Origin: Candidatus Eiseniibacteriota bacterium
GTDB lineage: Bacteria; Eisenbacteria; RBG-16-71-46
NCBI GenBank assembly: GCA_044222065.1
Contig: JBGAOA010000074.1
Span: 1-20,564, forward strand
Reading direction: 5' to 3'
Length of the DNA stretch: 20,564 nucleotides
This document shows positions 6,287 to 14,607 of the stretch, piece after piece; within the stretch, counting starts at the first letter, position 1, and each line of letters opens with the position of its first letter. The position numbers were made by a program, and so were the translations under genes. The notes below the pieces were generated by a model. That model was not told the DNA's origin and did not search any database. It was given only the letters and a program-made list of their open reading frames with translations.

Positions 6287-9200
6287 TCAGCGTGACGCCA
6301 TCGCGAGCTTCGTCGCGTCGCGCGGCGCCGGCAGCTTCCGCTCGGCCTTCTGCCGCTCGAGCATCAGCACCGTCACGTCCGGATCCACGACGAGCTTCTC
6401 GGGACGGAACGCGCAGCGGATCGCGACCGTGCCGCTCTCGCCCGCGGCGAGCGTGAGCGTCGCGCGCGCGTCCTCGTAGGCGTTCTCCTTCGTGCGCTCC
6501 TTCGGGAAGCGCTCGCCGCGCGTCGCGCCGATCTCGACCGGCATCACGCCCGTGCCCGTGTTCTTCACGGTCGCGCGCACGATCCAGCCGCCGCCCGCCT
6601 TCTCGGACTTCACGTCTTCGATCTGGTACTGCGGCACGACCGTGCCGAAGAACCACTGCGCGGTGAACGCGTCGAACGCCGCCGGGTCGCCCGCGTGCCG
6701 GCGCATCACGGCGAGGTAGTCCTCGATCAGCGGATGATCGGGATTGTCGCGGTAGAGCTGGATGTACTCCTTCAGCGCGGCGAGGCTCGCCTCCTTGCCC
6801 AGCAGCCGGTGCAGCATCCAGAACGCCCAGCCGCCGCGGTCGTACACGATGCGGTTCTCGGCGGGCAGCGAACCGTCGAGCTTCGTGAGCGGACGCTCGG
6901 TGTCGCGCCGGCGCGAATTCCCGTAGCGGTCCTCGATGCCCTTGCAGAACGCGATGCGCTGTTCGAGTCCGCGCACCTGTTCGGTGAGCAGGATCGTCGA
7001 GAAGTGCGCCATGCCCTCCGAGAGCGCCTCGCCGCCCGGGCCGTCCGCCGGCATCGCGATGCACGGCCACCACTGGTGCGCGGACTCGTGCGCCGTGACC
7101 CAGAACGCCGTGTTCGCCTTGGGCTCGCTCTTCGTGAGGAAGCCGATGCCCTCGCTGAACGAGATGTTCGTCGGCGGCCCCTGGGCATAGGTCGCGAGCG
7201 CCGGGAACTCCGACACGCGCAGCTCCTTCCACGGGTACGGCATGAACCACTCGCCGTACCACTTCCGCGCGCCGGCGAGCGCGTCGAGCATCTCGTCCAC
7301 GTTGTAGGGGTGCCGCGCGTCGTAGTACACGGCGACGCCGTCGCGCCGCTTCACCTGCCAGCGTCCGAGAACGACGTTGAACGCCCGCATCGGAGCGTCG
7401 CTGCGCCACTCGGTGACGCGCCGGCCGTTCTTCACGTCCTCGGCGACGAGCGATCCCGTGGCGTTGTGCTGGAAGCCGGCGGGAGAGTTCACGCGAATGC
7501 GCGTGTCCGCCCAGCCCTCGAACATCGGCATCCCGCCCGGGAGGCGCTGGCGGTAGTAGTCGGCCGGGTACTCGCGCGGATCGGAGGCGTTCTTGTCCGC
7601 TTCGACGCCGATGCCCGCCTGGTAGCCGATCAGCGGCCCGAGGCCGACGTTGCTGAAGCCCGTGAGCACCGCGGCCGACGGCACCACGAACTCCATCGTG
7701 CCGCCGCCGTTCTTGCTCACGCCGTCGGGGAAGCGGCCGTCGAACGCGTAGCCGACGCGCATGCGGTCGCCGGGCGCGAGCGGCGCGGCGGGCGTGAAGA
7801 CGTAGAGTCCGGCGCGGTTCTCGGGGTGGGCCGAGTCGCCGTTCACGGTCCAGCGCACGTGCTTCCAGAACAGCCCGCCCGTGAGCGCGACCTGGCGGAG
7901 CGTGTCGTCGGTGCGATTCATGAGCGTGTATTCGCCGCGCGTCGCGATCGTGCCGCGCTTCGGTTCGATCGTGACGTCCACGTCGGCGGCGGCGAGGCTC
8001 GGGCTCTTCGCGTTCCGCCACGTCTGCACGTTCTTCCGCCAGTAGTCGCGCTGGAGCTTCTTCGCGGCCGCGCCTTCGCGTCCGCCGTAGACGAGGAACA
8101 CGAGCGCGACGCACAGCGCCAGCGGCGGGATCGCGACCGGCGCGAGGCCGCCGATCGAACGCAGCAACCGCCCCGGCGCGAGGCCCTGGACGATGCGCGT
8201 CGCATCGGACTCCCGCCGCGCGAACAGCCGCACCGTCAGCGTGATGAAGAACGCCGCGAGCGCGAGCACCATCAGGCGGTTCAGCACGAGCGCCGTGCGG
8301 TCGAGCTCGAACACGCTCAGGTCGCTCCAGCGAACCGCGCTCCACAGGTCCCAGTTGAACGCCCAGGTCATGCGGTCGCGCATCTGGAAGAACCCGGTCA
8401 GCACCATCGCGCCGAGTCCGAGCCCGTACGCGCCGAAGCGGCTCCCGGTCACGGCGTAGCTCGCGCACACGAACGCGGTCCACATCAGGAAGGTCGGCGC
8501 GAGCAGGAGTCCCCACGCGAGCGCGAACGGCCGGAGGTCGAAGCCCACCTTGCCCTGAATCGCGAGCACGATCGCGCAGCCGACGAGCGTCGTGAACACG
8601 ACCGCGAGTCCGAGCAGCGTGTTCGCGACGCACTTGCCGAGCAGCAGCGAGGTGGTCTCGAGCGGCGTGCTGTAGTACACGGGCCCGAGTCCGCTCGAAC
8701 GCTCCCGCTGCAGCGACTCGGTCGTGTAGAACAGGATCAGCATGCAGATCAGGAGCGTGAGCGTGTTCATGTTCTGCACGGCGAGGAGTCCCGGTGTGTT
8801 GAGCAGCGGCGTGTCGAACGCGCCGACGTTCACGACCGAGGCGAACACCTGCACGAGGATCATCGGGACGAACAGGTAGATCCCCGGGTGCTTCCACAGT
8901 TCGCCGAACTCGACGCGCGCGACCTCGAGCGTGCCGCCCCAGAAGCCCGGCGCACCCGAGCGCATCCGCAGACCGGCGAGCGGCGTCGGTTCGAGGCGCA
9001 CACCGGTGTCGGGCGCCGCCACGAGCGCGCCGGCGCGGGCGCGCTTCGGCGCCTTCGACCCGCGCAACGAGGCTTCGAAGCGCGCGTGCATCCACGCCAC
9101 GCTGCCGAGCCCGACGAGCAGGCACATCGCGCGCTGCGCGACGATGAGGGTGTCGAGCCCGACCGGCTGGCGGTTGTAGAACTCGACGCCCTTGTCGACG

Positions 9201-9910
9201 TTGAGCCAGGTCTCGTTGATCCAGCGCAGCCCGGAGAGATCCACGAACTGCAGCGCGCGGTTCCAGCCGTACGCGAGCCAGGCCGGCGACCACTCCCACA
9301 GGAAGAACGCGCCGAACAGCAGGATGCCGAGCGGCAGCGCGAACACGAGCGCCGGCTTGCGCGTGAGTCCGCCGACCGCGAACGCGAAGCCGACCATGAA
9401 GACCAGCATCGGGAGCCCGAAGATCAGCGCCGGCTTGAGGTAGTTGAGCGCCACGAACGGGCCGATCACGTCGCGGTTCTCGCCGTGCGGCATCACGTGG
9501 TTGAAGAGCATCGTGAGGCCGAGGTGCACGGCCAGCACCCACGCGAAGCTCGCGACCTGCGCGAGGTACTTGCCCCACACGTACTCGCCGGCGGTGAGCC
9601 GGGTCGAGTGGAGCAGCTCGCCGACCTTCTGGTCGCCGTCGCGGATCAGCGACATGCCGGCGCCGACCGAGACGAAGAACGAGTAGATGACGCCGATCAT
9701 CAGGATCACGAGCTGCGTGACCGCGAACTCCGACGTGATCCACGCCTTGGTGCCGCCGACGCGGGCGTCGCCCGAGCTGATCGAGGCCTCGCCGTTCGAC
9801 ATCATGAACGCCATGAATCCGAGCAGGACGATCATGAACCAGAAGAGCGGCCGCCTCAGGTTGTGCGTGAATTCCTGGCGGAAGACTTCGTAGAGGCGCC
9901 CGGGATTCAC
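6287..9910 (-). CDS. ABC-2-type double permease fused to C-terminal M1-family zinc aminopeptidase, 1207 aa
   Basis: GTG 9910 overlaps the ATPase stop (GTGA). Two hydrophobic ABC-2 permease repeats (RDGDQKVGELLHSTRLTAGEYVWGKY and RERSSGLGPVYYSTPLETTSLLLGKC), then a soluble domain with VTAHESAHQWW..LSEG (HExxH-x19-E) and the YDRGG catalytic Tyr motif. Confidence 0.92.
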   Translation of the reverse strand: MNPGRLYEVFRQEFTHNLRRPLFWFMIVLLGFMAFMMSNGEASISSGDARVGGTKAWITSEFAVTQLVILMIGVIYSFFVSVGAGMSLIRDGDQKVGELLHSTRLTAGEYVWGKYLAQVASFAWVLAVHLGLTMLFNHVMPHGENRDVIGPFVALNYLKPALIFGLPMLVFMVGFAFAVGGLTRKPALVFALPLGILLFGAFFLWEWSPAWLAYGWNRALQFVDLSGLRWINETWLNVDKGVEFYNRQPVGLDTLIVAQRAMCLLVGLGSVAWMHARFEASLRGSKAPKRARAGALVAAPDTGVRLEPTPLAGLRMRSGAPGFWGGTLEVARVEFGELWKHPGIYLFVPMILVQVFASVVNVGAFDTPLLNTPGLLAVQNMNTLTLLICMLILFYTTESLQRERSSGLGPVYYSTPLETTSLLLGKCVANTLLGLAVVFTTLVGCAIVLAIQGKVGFDLRPFALAWGLLLAPTFLMWTAFVCASYAVTGSRFGAYGLGLGAMVLTGFFQMRDRMTWAFNWDLWSAVRWSDLSVFELDRTALVLNRLMVLALAAFFITLTVRLFARRESDATRIVQGLAPGRLLRSIGGLAPVAIPPLALCVALVFLVYGGREGAAAKKLQRDYWRKNVQTWRNAKSPSLAAADVDVTIEPKRGTIATRGEYTLMNRTDDTLRQVALTGGLFWKHVRWTVNGDSAHPENRAGLYVFTPAAPLAPGDRMRVGYAFDGRFPDGVSKNGGGTMEFVVPSAAVLTGFSNVGLGPLIGYQAGIGVEADKNASDPREYPADYYRQRLPGGMPMFEGWADTRIRVNSPAGFQHNATGSLVAEDVKNGRRVTEWRSDAPMRAFNVVLGRWQVKRRDGVAVYYDARHPYNVDEMLDALAGARKWYGEWFMPYPWKELRVSEFPALATYAQGPPTNISFSEGIGFLTKSEPKANTAFWVTAHESAHQWWPCIAMPADGPGGEALSEGMAHFSTILLTEQVRGLEQRIAFCKGIEDRYGNSRRRDTERPLTKLDGSLPAENRIVYDRGGWAFWMLHRLLGKEASLAALKEYIQLYRDNPDHPLIEDYLAVMRRHAGDPAAFDAFTAQWFFGTVVPQYQIEDVKSEKAGGGWIVRATVKNTGTGVMPVEIGATRGERFPKERTKENAYEDARATLTLAAGESGTVAIRCAFRPEKLVVDPDVTVLMLERQKAERKLPAPRDATKLAMASR

Positions 9911-10854
9911 GGCCGCGCTCCCGCGAGGCTGGCTGCCGACTCGGCCGCAGCGCCCTTCGAATCGCCGTTCGAGCCCGGCAGGCCGAGCGCCGTGCGCATC
10001 AGCACGAGGTAAGCGTCCTCGAGCGTCGCCGCGACCGGCTCGAAGCCCGCGGGGGGCGCGCCCTGCGGTTCGTAGACGCGCACGCGGTGCCGGCCCTCGA
10101 CGAGGATCGCCTGCGTGACGTGCCGGCTCGCGCGCAGCTCGGGCAGTTCGGACGGACTCACCGTGCCCTCGAAGATCGTGCCCTGCAGCGCCTGCCGCGC
10201 GGCGCGCGGCGTCGTGTTCGCGACGATCGTCCCGCCGCGGATCACCGCGAACTGCGGGCACAGCACCGCGACGTCCTCGACGATGTGCGTCGAGAGCAGC
10301 ACGATGCGCTCCTCGGCGAGTTCGGCGAGCAGGTGGTAGAAGCGCAGCCGCTCCTCGGGATCGAGGCCCGCGGTCGGCTCGTCCACGATCACGAGCCGCG
10401 GATTGCCCGCCACGGCCTGCGCGATGCCGAGCCGCTGGCGCATGCCGCCCGAGTAGCCCTTCACCGGCCGCTTCGCCGCGAACGACAGGTTCACGCGCTC
10501 GAGCAGGTCGGCGGCGAGCTTCTTGAGCCCGCCCGGCGACTCGACGCCCTTGAGCTTGAGCAGGTGGATCAGCATCTGCTCGCCCGAAAGGTGCGGGTAG
10601 AACCCGAACTCCTGCGGCAGGTAGCCGAGGCGCTCGCGCACGCGGCGCGGATCGGCGAGCACGTCCACGCCGTCGAGCGTGACGGCGCCCGAGGTCGGCT
10701 CGAGCAGCCCGGCGAGGATCTTCATGAAGGTGGACTTGCCGGCGCCGTTCGGCCCGAGCAGCCCGAACATGCCGACCGGCACGTCGAGGTCCACGCCCTT
10801 CAGGGCGGTGACGGGACCGGGGTAGACCTTCACGAGACTGCGGATCTGGAGCAT
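9907..10854 (-). CDS. ABC transporter ATP-binding protein (exporter, DrrA/CcmA-like), 315 aa
   Basis: ATG 10854 with GAGGAGG SD. Walker A GPNGAGKST, Q-loop YLPQ, signature YSGGMRQR, Walker B VIVDEPTAGLD, H-loop LSTH, C-terminal ATLEDAYL. Confidence 0.95.
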   Translation of the reverse strand: MLQIRSLVKVYPGPVTALKGVDLDVPVGMFGLLGPNGAGKSTFMKILAGLLEPTSGAVTLDGVDVLADPRRVRERLGYLPQEFGFYPHLSGEQMLIHLLKLKGVESPGGLKKLAADLLERVNLSFAAKRPVKGYSGGMRQRLGIAQAVAGNPRLVIVDEPTAGLDPEERLRFYHLLAELAEERIVLLSTHIVEDVAVLCPQFAVIRGGTIVANTTPRAARQALQGTIFEGTVSPSELPELRASRHVTQAILVEGRHRVRVYEPQGAPPAGFEPVAATLEDAYLVLMRTALGLPGSNGDSKGAAAESAASLAGARP

Positions 10855-11140
10855 GGACGTGACCTCCTCGACGGGTCTGAGGCGAGCGAGCGACCCGTCG
10901 GGTGCGGGCCGAGGTTCGGGGGGCGCGGCTCGCGAAGGGCGCGGTCCGCGCGGCGTGTGCCGCATGCTACGCCCGGTCGCGGCGGGCGGTTTCGCGAATG
11001 TGGGACGCCGGCGAGCGGGGCAGCGCTCGTGCGCGTCCGCGGCGCGTTGGCCGGGCGGGCCGCGCTTGCGACGACGCGCCGCGAGGCGGCAGGCTGCGCC
11101 CGCTCCGAAGTCCGAGCGTTCCCGAACCCGCGAGGGCCCC

Positions 11141-11920
11141 GTGCGACTGCGCCAGTTCGTCGTGGATGCGTTCACCGATCGCCCGTTCGCGGGCAACCCC
11201 GCCGCCGTCGTGCCGCTCGAGCGGTGGCTCGACGATCCCGTGATGCAGCGCATCGCCGCCGAGAACAACCTGAGCGAGACCGCGTTCTTCGTTCCCGAGG
11301 CGGGCGATTACCGGATCCGCTGGTTCACGCCCGCGGCCGAAGTGAAGCTGTGCGGCCACGCGACGCTCGCGAGCGCATTCGTGCTGTTCGGCACGCTCGA
11401 ACCCGCCCGCACGCGCGTCACGTTCGCCTCGCAGAGCGGCCCGCTCGTCGTGACGCGCGAGGGCGAGCGCATCGTGCTGGACTTCCCGGCGATCCGGGGG
11501 CAGCGCAGCGAGCCGCCCGCGGGCCTCGCCGCGGCACTGGGCGCCGAGCCCGTCGAAGTGTGGAAGGCGATGGACTGGATCGCCGTGTTCGAAGACGAGG
11601 CCGCCGTGCACGCGCTCGCGCCCGACTTCCGAGCACTCGCGCAGCTGCCGCTGCGCGGCCTCGCCGCGACCGCCCCGGGCGCCGACGTGGACTTCGTCTC
11701 GCGCTTCTTCGCACCGGCGGTCGGCGTGAACGAGGACCCGGTCACGGGCTCCGCCCACTGCATGCTGACGCCGTACTGGGCGGCGCGCCTCGGCCGCACG
11801 ACGCTGCGCGCGCGCCAGATGTCGAAGCGCGGCGGCGAACTGTGGCTCGAACTCGCGGGCGAGCGCGTGAAGATCGCGGGGTACGCGGTGCGATTCCTCG
11901 AGGGCGTGATCGAGGTCTGA
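11141..11920 (+). CDS. PhzF/YddE family isomerase-epimerase, 259 aa
   Basis: GTG 11141. Motifs VDAFTDRPFAGNPAAV, NLSETAF, IRWFTPAAEVKLCGHATLA, SRFFAP..GVNEDPVTGSAHC, RQMSKRGGEL. Confidence 0.93.
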   Translation: MRLRQFVVDAFTDRPFAGNPAAVVPLERWLDDPVMQRIAAENNLSETAFFVPEAGDYRIRWFTPAAEVKLCGHATLASAFVLFGTLEPARTRVTFASQSGPLVVTREGERIVLDFPAIRGQRSEPPAGLAAALGAEPVEVWKAMDWIAVFEDEAAVHALAPDFRALAQLPLRGLAATAPGADVDFVSRFFAPAVGVNEDPVTGSAHCMLTPYWAARLGRTTLRARQMSKRGGELWLELAGERVKIAGYAVRFLEGVIEV

Positions 11921-11971
11921 GTCCGCCCGCTTCGCGGCGCGGGCGCCGCGCGGCCCGGCGCGGCGAGCGAG

Positions 11972-11994
11972 CGCGGCCTCGCCCCGAGGCCGCG
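11972..11994 (+). terminator. Hairpin downstream of the PhzF-family gene
   Basis: CGCGGCCTCG-CCC-CGAGGCCGCG perfect 10-bp stem with only a weak U-tail. Confidence 0.4.
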
Positions 11995-12122
11995 GCGCTT
12001 CGACCCGATCGGTGCACACGCGCGTGGCAGGAGTGTCCCGTCCGGGGCGCCGGATCCCGCAGCGCCCGGCCACGGCGCGCGCAACCCGCTGCGCCGCAAC
12101 GGCGGCACCGCCACGCGCCGCG

Positions 12123-12138
12123 CGGCACGGGCGCTGCT
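12123..12138 (+). promoter_or_regulatory. Putative sigma54 (-24/-12) promoter
   Basis: CGGCACG-GGCG-CTGCT versus consensus TGGCACG-N4-TTGCW. GG at 12124-12125 and GC at 12136-12137 have the correct spacing. It lies about 80 bp before ATG 12219, with an imperfect palindrome GTGTCCC-GTCC-GGGGCGC upstream (12033-12050). Confidence 0.55.
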
Positions 12139-12218
12139 CGATGGGAGACGCGAACGCGCGAACTCGCGCACGCCGCCGACGCTCCCAGGGCCACGGGCCC
12201 GCAACCACGAGGAACACG

Positions 12219-12542
12219 ATGAAGCGCACGATCACGATCCTGCTCATGACCGCGGCTCTCGCCGCCCTCGCCAGCACCGCGTTCGCGCACTCGGTCACAC
12301 CGCGCGTGGACCGGCGACAGGTGCGTCAGGAAGCGCGCATCCGCGACGGCGTGCGCAGCGGCGAACTCACGCGCGGCGAGACGCGCCGCCTCGTCGCCGG
12401 CCAGCGCCACGTCGCGCGGGTCGAGCGCCGCGCGAAGGCCGACGGCCACGTGACGGCGCGCGAGCGCGCGCACCTGAACCGCGCGCAGAACGTGCAGAGC
12501 CGCCACATCTATCGCCTCAAGCACAACGGCGTGACCCGGTAA
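12219..12542 (+). CDS. Small basic secreted helical protein of unknown function, 107 aa
   Basis: ATG 12219 after GAGGA. Signal peptide MKRTITILLMTAALAALASTAFA-H. Recognisable hypothetical-protein pattern RQxRQxxRIxxGVxSGxLTxxExxRL..AKADGxxTxxERxxLxxxQNxxSRxIYRxKH. Confidence 0.85.
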   Translation: MKRTITILLMTAALAALASTAFAHSVTPRVDRRQVRQEARIRDGVRSGELTRGETRRLVAGQRHVARVERRAKADGHVTARERAHLNRAQNVQSRHIYRLKHNGVTR

Positions 12543-12547
12543 CAGGG

Positions 12548-12593
12548 GACGCGCGGCGGCGGGATCCCGCGAGGTTCCGCCGTCGCGAGCGTC
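12548..12593 (+). terminator. 3' hairpin of the small secreted protein gene
   Basis: GCGGCGGCGGGATC (12553-12566) pairs with GGTTCCGCCGTCGC (12573-12586) using three G-U wobbles on the + strand. Closed by GACGC/GCGTC. Confidence 0.55.
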
Positions 12594-12665
12594 ATCGAGT
12601 GTTCGCTTCGCGTCGTCTCGTACGAATTCCTAGCCAGGGCAAGGGAACGAACGGCGCGAAGCAAC

Positions 12666-12706
12666 GAACCCCCGGTGGGAAGCTCCACCGGGGGTTCTGT
12701 TCGTTC
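12666..12706. terminator. Bidirectional intrinsic terminator
   Basis: GAACCCCCGGTGG (12666-12678)/CCACCGGGGGTTC (12685-12697), a perfect 13-bp stem with U-rich runs on both strands, located between convergent genes. Confidence 0.75.
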
Positions 12707-12721
12707 GGCGGCGAGCCCGCC

Positions 12722-13204
12722 CTACTCGAACTCCTTCACGCCCGGCGGCTGGTCTTCGCCGACGCGGCCGGTCTCGATGTTCGCGAGGAAGTAGTTCTCG
12801 CCGAGGATCGGCGTGCCCGCGACACGGCGCAGCATCGTGATCTGGCCGATGTGCTGCAGCGCGTCCGCGAGCGGACCCTGCGCGATGCGCTTCCACTCCT
12901 TCGCGAGCGGCGCCTCGCCCTGGAGCGCAGCGTCGAACGCGGCGAGTTCGCGGTGAAAGCGCGCGCACTGCTCGTCCCACGTCCCGAGCGCGCCGTCGCT
13001 CCACTTCGATTCGCCGCTCACCATGCCGCGTCCCCACGCCATCAGGTCGCCGATGTGCGCGAGGATCTCGTGCGGCGTGCGCGACTTCGGCGAGGCCTTG
13101 AACCCGGCGAAGCTCGCGGGCGCGCCGCGCACCGCCTTGGCGCCCCGGTACGCGATCGTCGCGAGCAGGTGGCGCAGGAACAGCCGTTCATCCGCGGGTG
13201 TCAT
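12722..13204 (-). CDS. DinB/YfiT-superfamily four-helix-bundle protein, 160 aa
   Basis: AGGAGGAG SD overlapping the upstream TAG. Motifs RTPHEILAHIGDL and LADALQHIGQITMLRR are typical of the DinB-like fold. Confidence 0.82.
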   Translation of the reverse strand: MTPADERLFLRHLLATIAYRGAKAVRGAPASFAGFKASPKSRTPHEILAHIGDLMAWGRGMVSGESKWSDGALGTWDEQCARFHRELAAFDAALQGEAPLAKEWKRIAQGPLADALQHIGQITMLRRVAGTPILGENYFLANIETGRVGEDQPPGVKEFE

Positions 13205-13218
13205 CTTGAGCGCTCCTC

Positions 13219-14607
13219 CTAGTCACGCGCGGGCGGCTGCACCAGGTCCACGCCGCGCGAGTACGAGATCGTGATGCGCGAGCCGCCGGCGTAAGGCCCG
13301 AGGGCGTTCGCCCAGCTCACGCGCACGAAGCCGTTCGGATCGGGAAGCCCGGGGCGGTAGAGCAGCGCGAGTCCCGCTTCGGGCCGCCAGTCGCCGTGCT
13401 CGGGCCACGGTTCGTCGGTCGTGCCCGGGCCGCCGTAGGGATCGCGCCCCCACACCGCGCCGATCGCGCCGAACGCGCCGATCTGGAGCGGCAGCGCGTC
13501 CGGGTGCGGAATGCGCAGCAGCGTGAGGATGTCCGGCAGCAGGATCGCGTCGAGCCGCGCGAGCGCCGCGTTCGTTCCCGCGAGCGACGAGCCGCGCAGC
13601 GAACGCAGCGAACGCGAGCCGCCGAGGTAGAACGCCGACTGCGGCACGAGCTGGCCCGTGAGCCGCCCGTACTCGAGCTGCGGCACGAGCGACAGCCAGC
13701 CGCGCAGTCCCACGTCGCCCGCGATCGCCCCGCGATAGCGGCGGTATTCGAAGTCGCTGCCGAGCGCGTTCCCCGACGTGAGGTAGCTCGCCTCGGCGTA
13801 GTAGGGCAGCGTGCCGAGTCGCGCGCTCGCTTCCAGCTCGAACTCGTTCGAGCGTCCGGCCGCGGCCGCGAGGTTGTCCGAGCGCACGAGGTCGGTGGAC
13901 AGCAGGTTCCAGCGCGCGGCGACGTCCATCGGCGAGTCGTCCATCGAGCGCAGCGTTGCGCTCGCGCGCCACAGCGGGTGCTCGCGCGCGAGCCGCGCGC
14001 TCACGCCTTCGCGCAGGTAGTAGCTGCGCGTGTCGGCGCCGTTCAGGAACGCGCGCAGCTGCGCGAGCCGCAGGTCCGAGGCGTCGCGGTCCATGCCGGT
14101 CGTGAGCCGGCCAAAGCCCGCTTCGAACATCCACGTCGCGTCGCCGCGCCGCAGCCACTTCTCGAACCCGGCGCCGCCGCGCCACTCGTTCGGCCCCGAG
14201 GCGTAACCGGCCCGCAGCGCGATCCGTCCCGGGCCCGAGCGGCGGCCGATCCACGCGCGCGCGCCGTACACGGGGCCGTCCACGCGCGTAAAGCCGGGGT
14301 CGGGCGCGAACGCGACGCGCAGCGCCTGCCGCCCGCGCGCGCCGCCGAGCCGTCCCGCGCCGTGCGTCGAGAGCCGTGCCGCGAGCGCCGTGTCGAGTCC
14401 GGCCGTGTCGGGCCGCTGCGCCGAGAGGCCGAAGTACGTGTCGGTCGAGTCGGCGAGATGGCGCAGGTAGTCGTCGAGCAGCGAGTCGGTCGGGGCCTCC
14501 GCCGCGAGCGCGCCGAAGCGCGGCGCGGCGCCGGCGTGCGCAGATGAGCCGCCGAACGCGAACGCGGCGAGCAGCGCGCAGGCGAGGAATCGCGCGCGCC
14601 GGCTCAC
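13219..14607 (-). CDS. Outer-membrane beta-barrel protein resembling the C-terminal barrel of DUF5686/Omp85-like proteins, 462 aa
   Basis: GTG 14607 overlaps the upstream TGA (GTGA), with GGAGG SD. Signal peptide ..AFAFGGSSAHA-G. GFTRVDGPVYG, many amphipathic strands, and an Omp85-loop-like PQSAFYLGGSRSLRSL. Confidence 0.75.
   Translation of the reverse strand: MSRRARFLACALLAAFAFGGSSAHAGAAPRFGALAAEAPTDSLLDDYLRHLADSTDTYFGLSAQRPDTAGLDTALAARLSTHGAGRLGGARGRQALRVAFAPDPGFTRVDGPVYGARAWIGRRSGPGRIALRAGYASGPNEWRGGAGFEKWLRRGDATWMFEAGFGRLTTGMDRDASDLRLAQLRAFLNGADTRSYYLREGVSARLAREHPLWRASATLRSMDDSPMDVAARWNLLSTDLVRSDNLAAAAGRSNEFELEASARLGTLPYYAEASYLTSGNALGSDFEYRRYRGAIAGDVGLRGWLSLVPQLEYGRLTGQLVPQSAFYLGGSRSLRSLRGSSLAGTNAALARLDAILLPDILTLLRIPHPDALPLQIGAFGAIGAVWGRDPYGGPGTTDEPWPEHGDWRPEAGLALLYRPGLPDPNGFVRVSWANALGPYAGGSRITISYSRGVDLVQPPARD

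Noticed and set aside
6210..10012. 1177-aa (-) and 1105-aa (+) ORFs overlapping the permease-M1 gene
   Set aside because: Alternative-frame and antisense artefacts of GC3-biased codons. The motif-bearing frame is 6287-9910.
10855..11140. Promoter or riboswitch in the ABC/PhzF divergent gap
   Set aside because: Only weak candidates (TAGCAT on minus, TTGCGA-N18-CAGGCT on plus) and no recognisable RNA motif.
11141..11920. Phenazine biosynthesis cluster
   Set aside because: A lone PhzF-family gene with the LCGH motif of the widespread YddE-like group. No other phz genes are present.
12012..12218. RiPP precursor or leader peptide for the ABC-M1 exporter
   Set aside because: No small ORF with SD and precursor-like features, and no modifying enzymes in the window.
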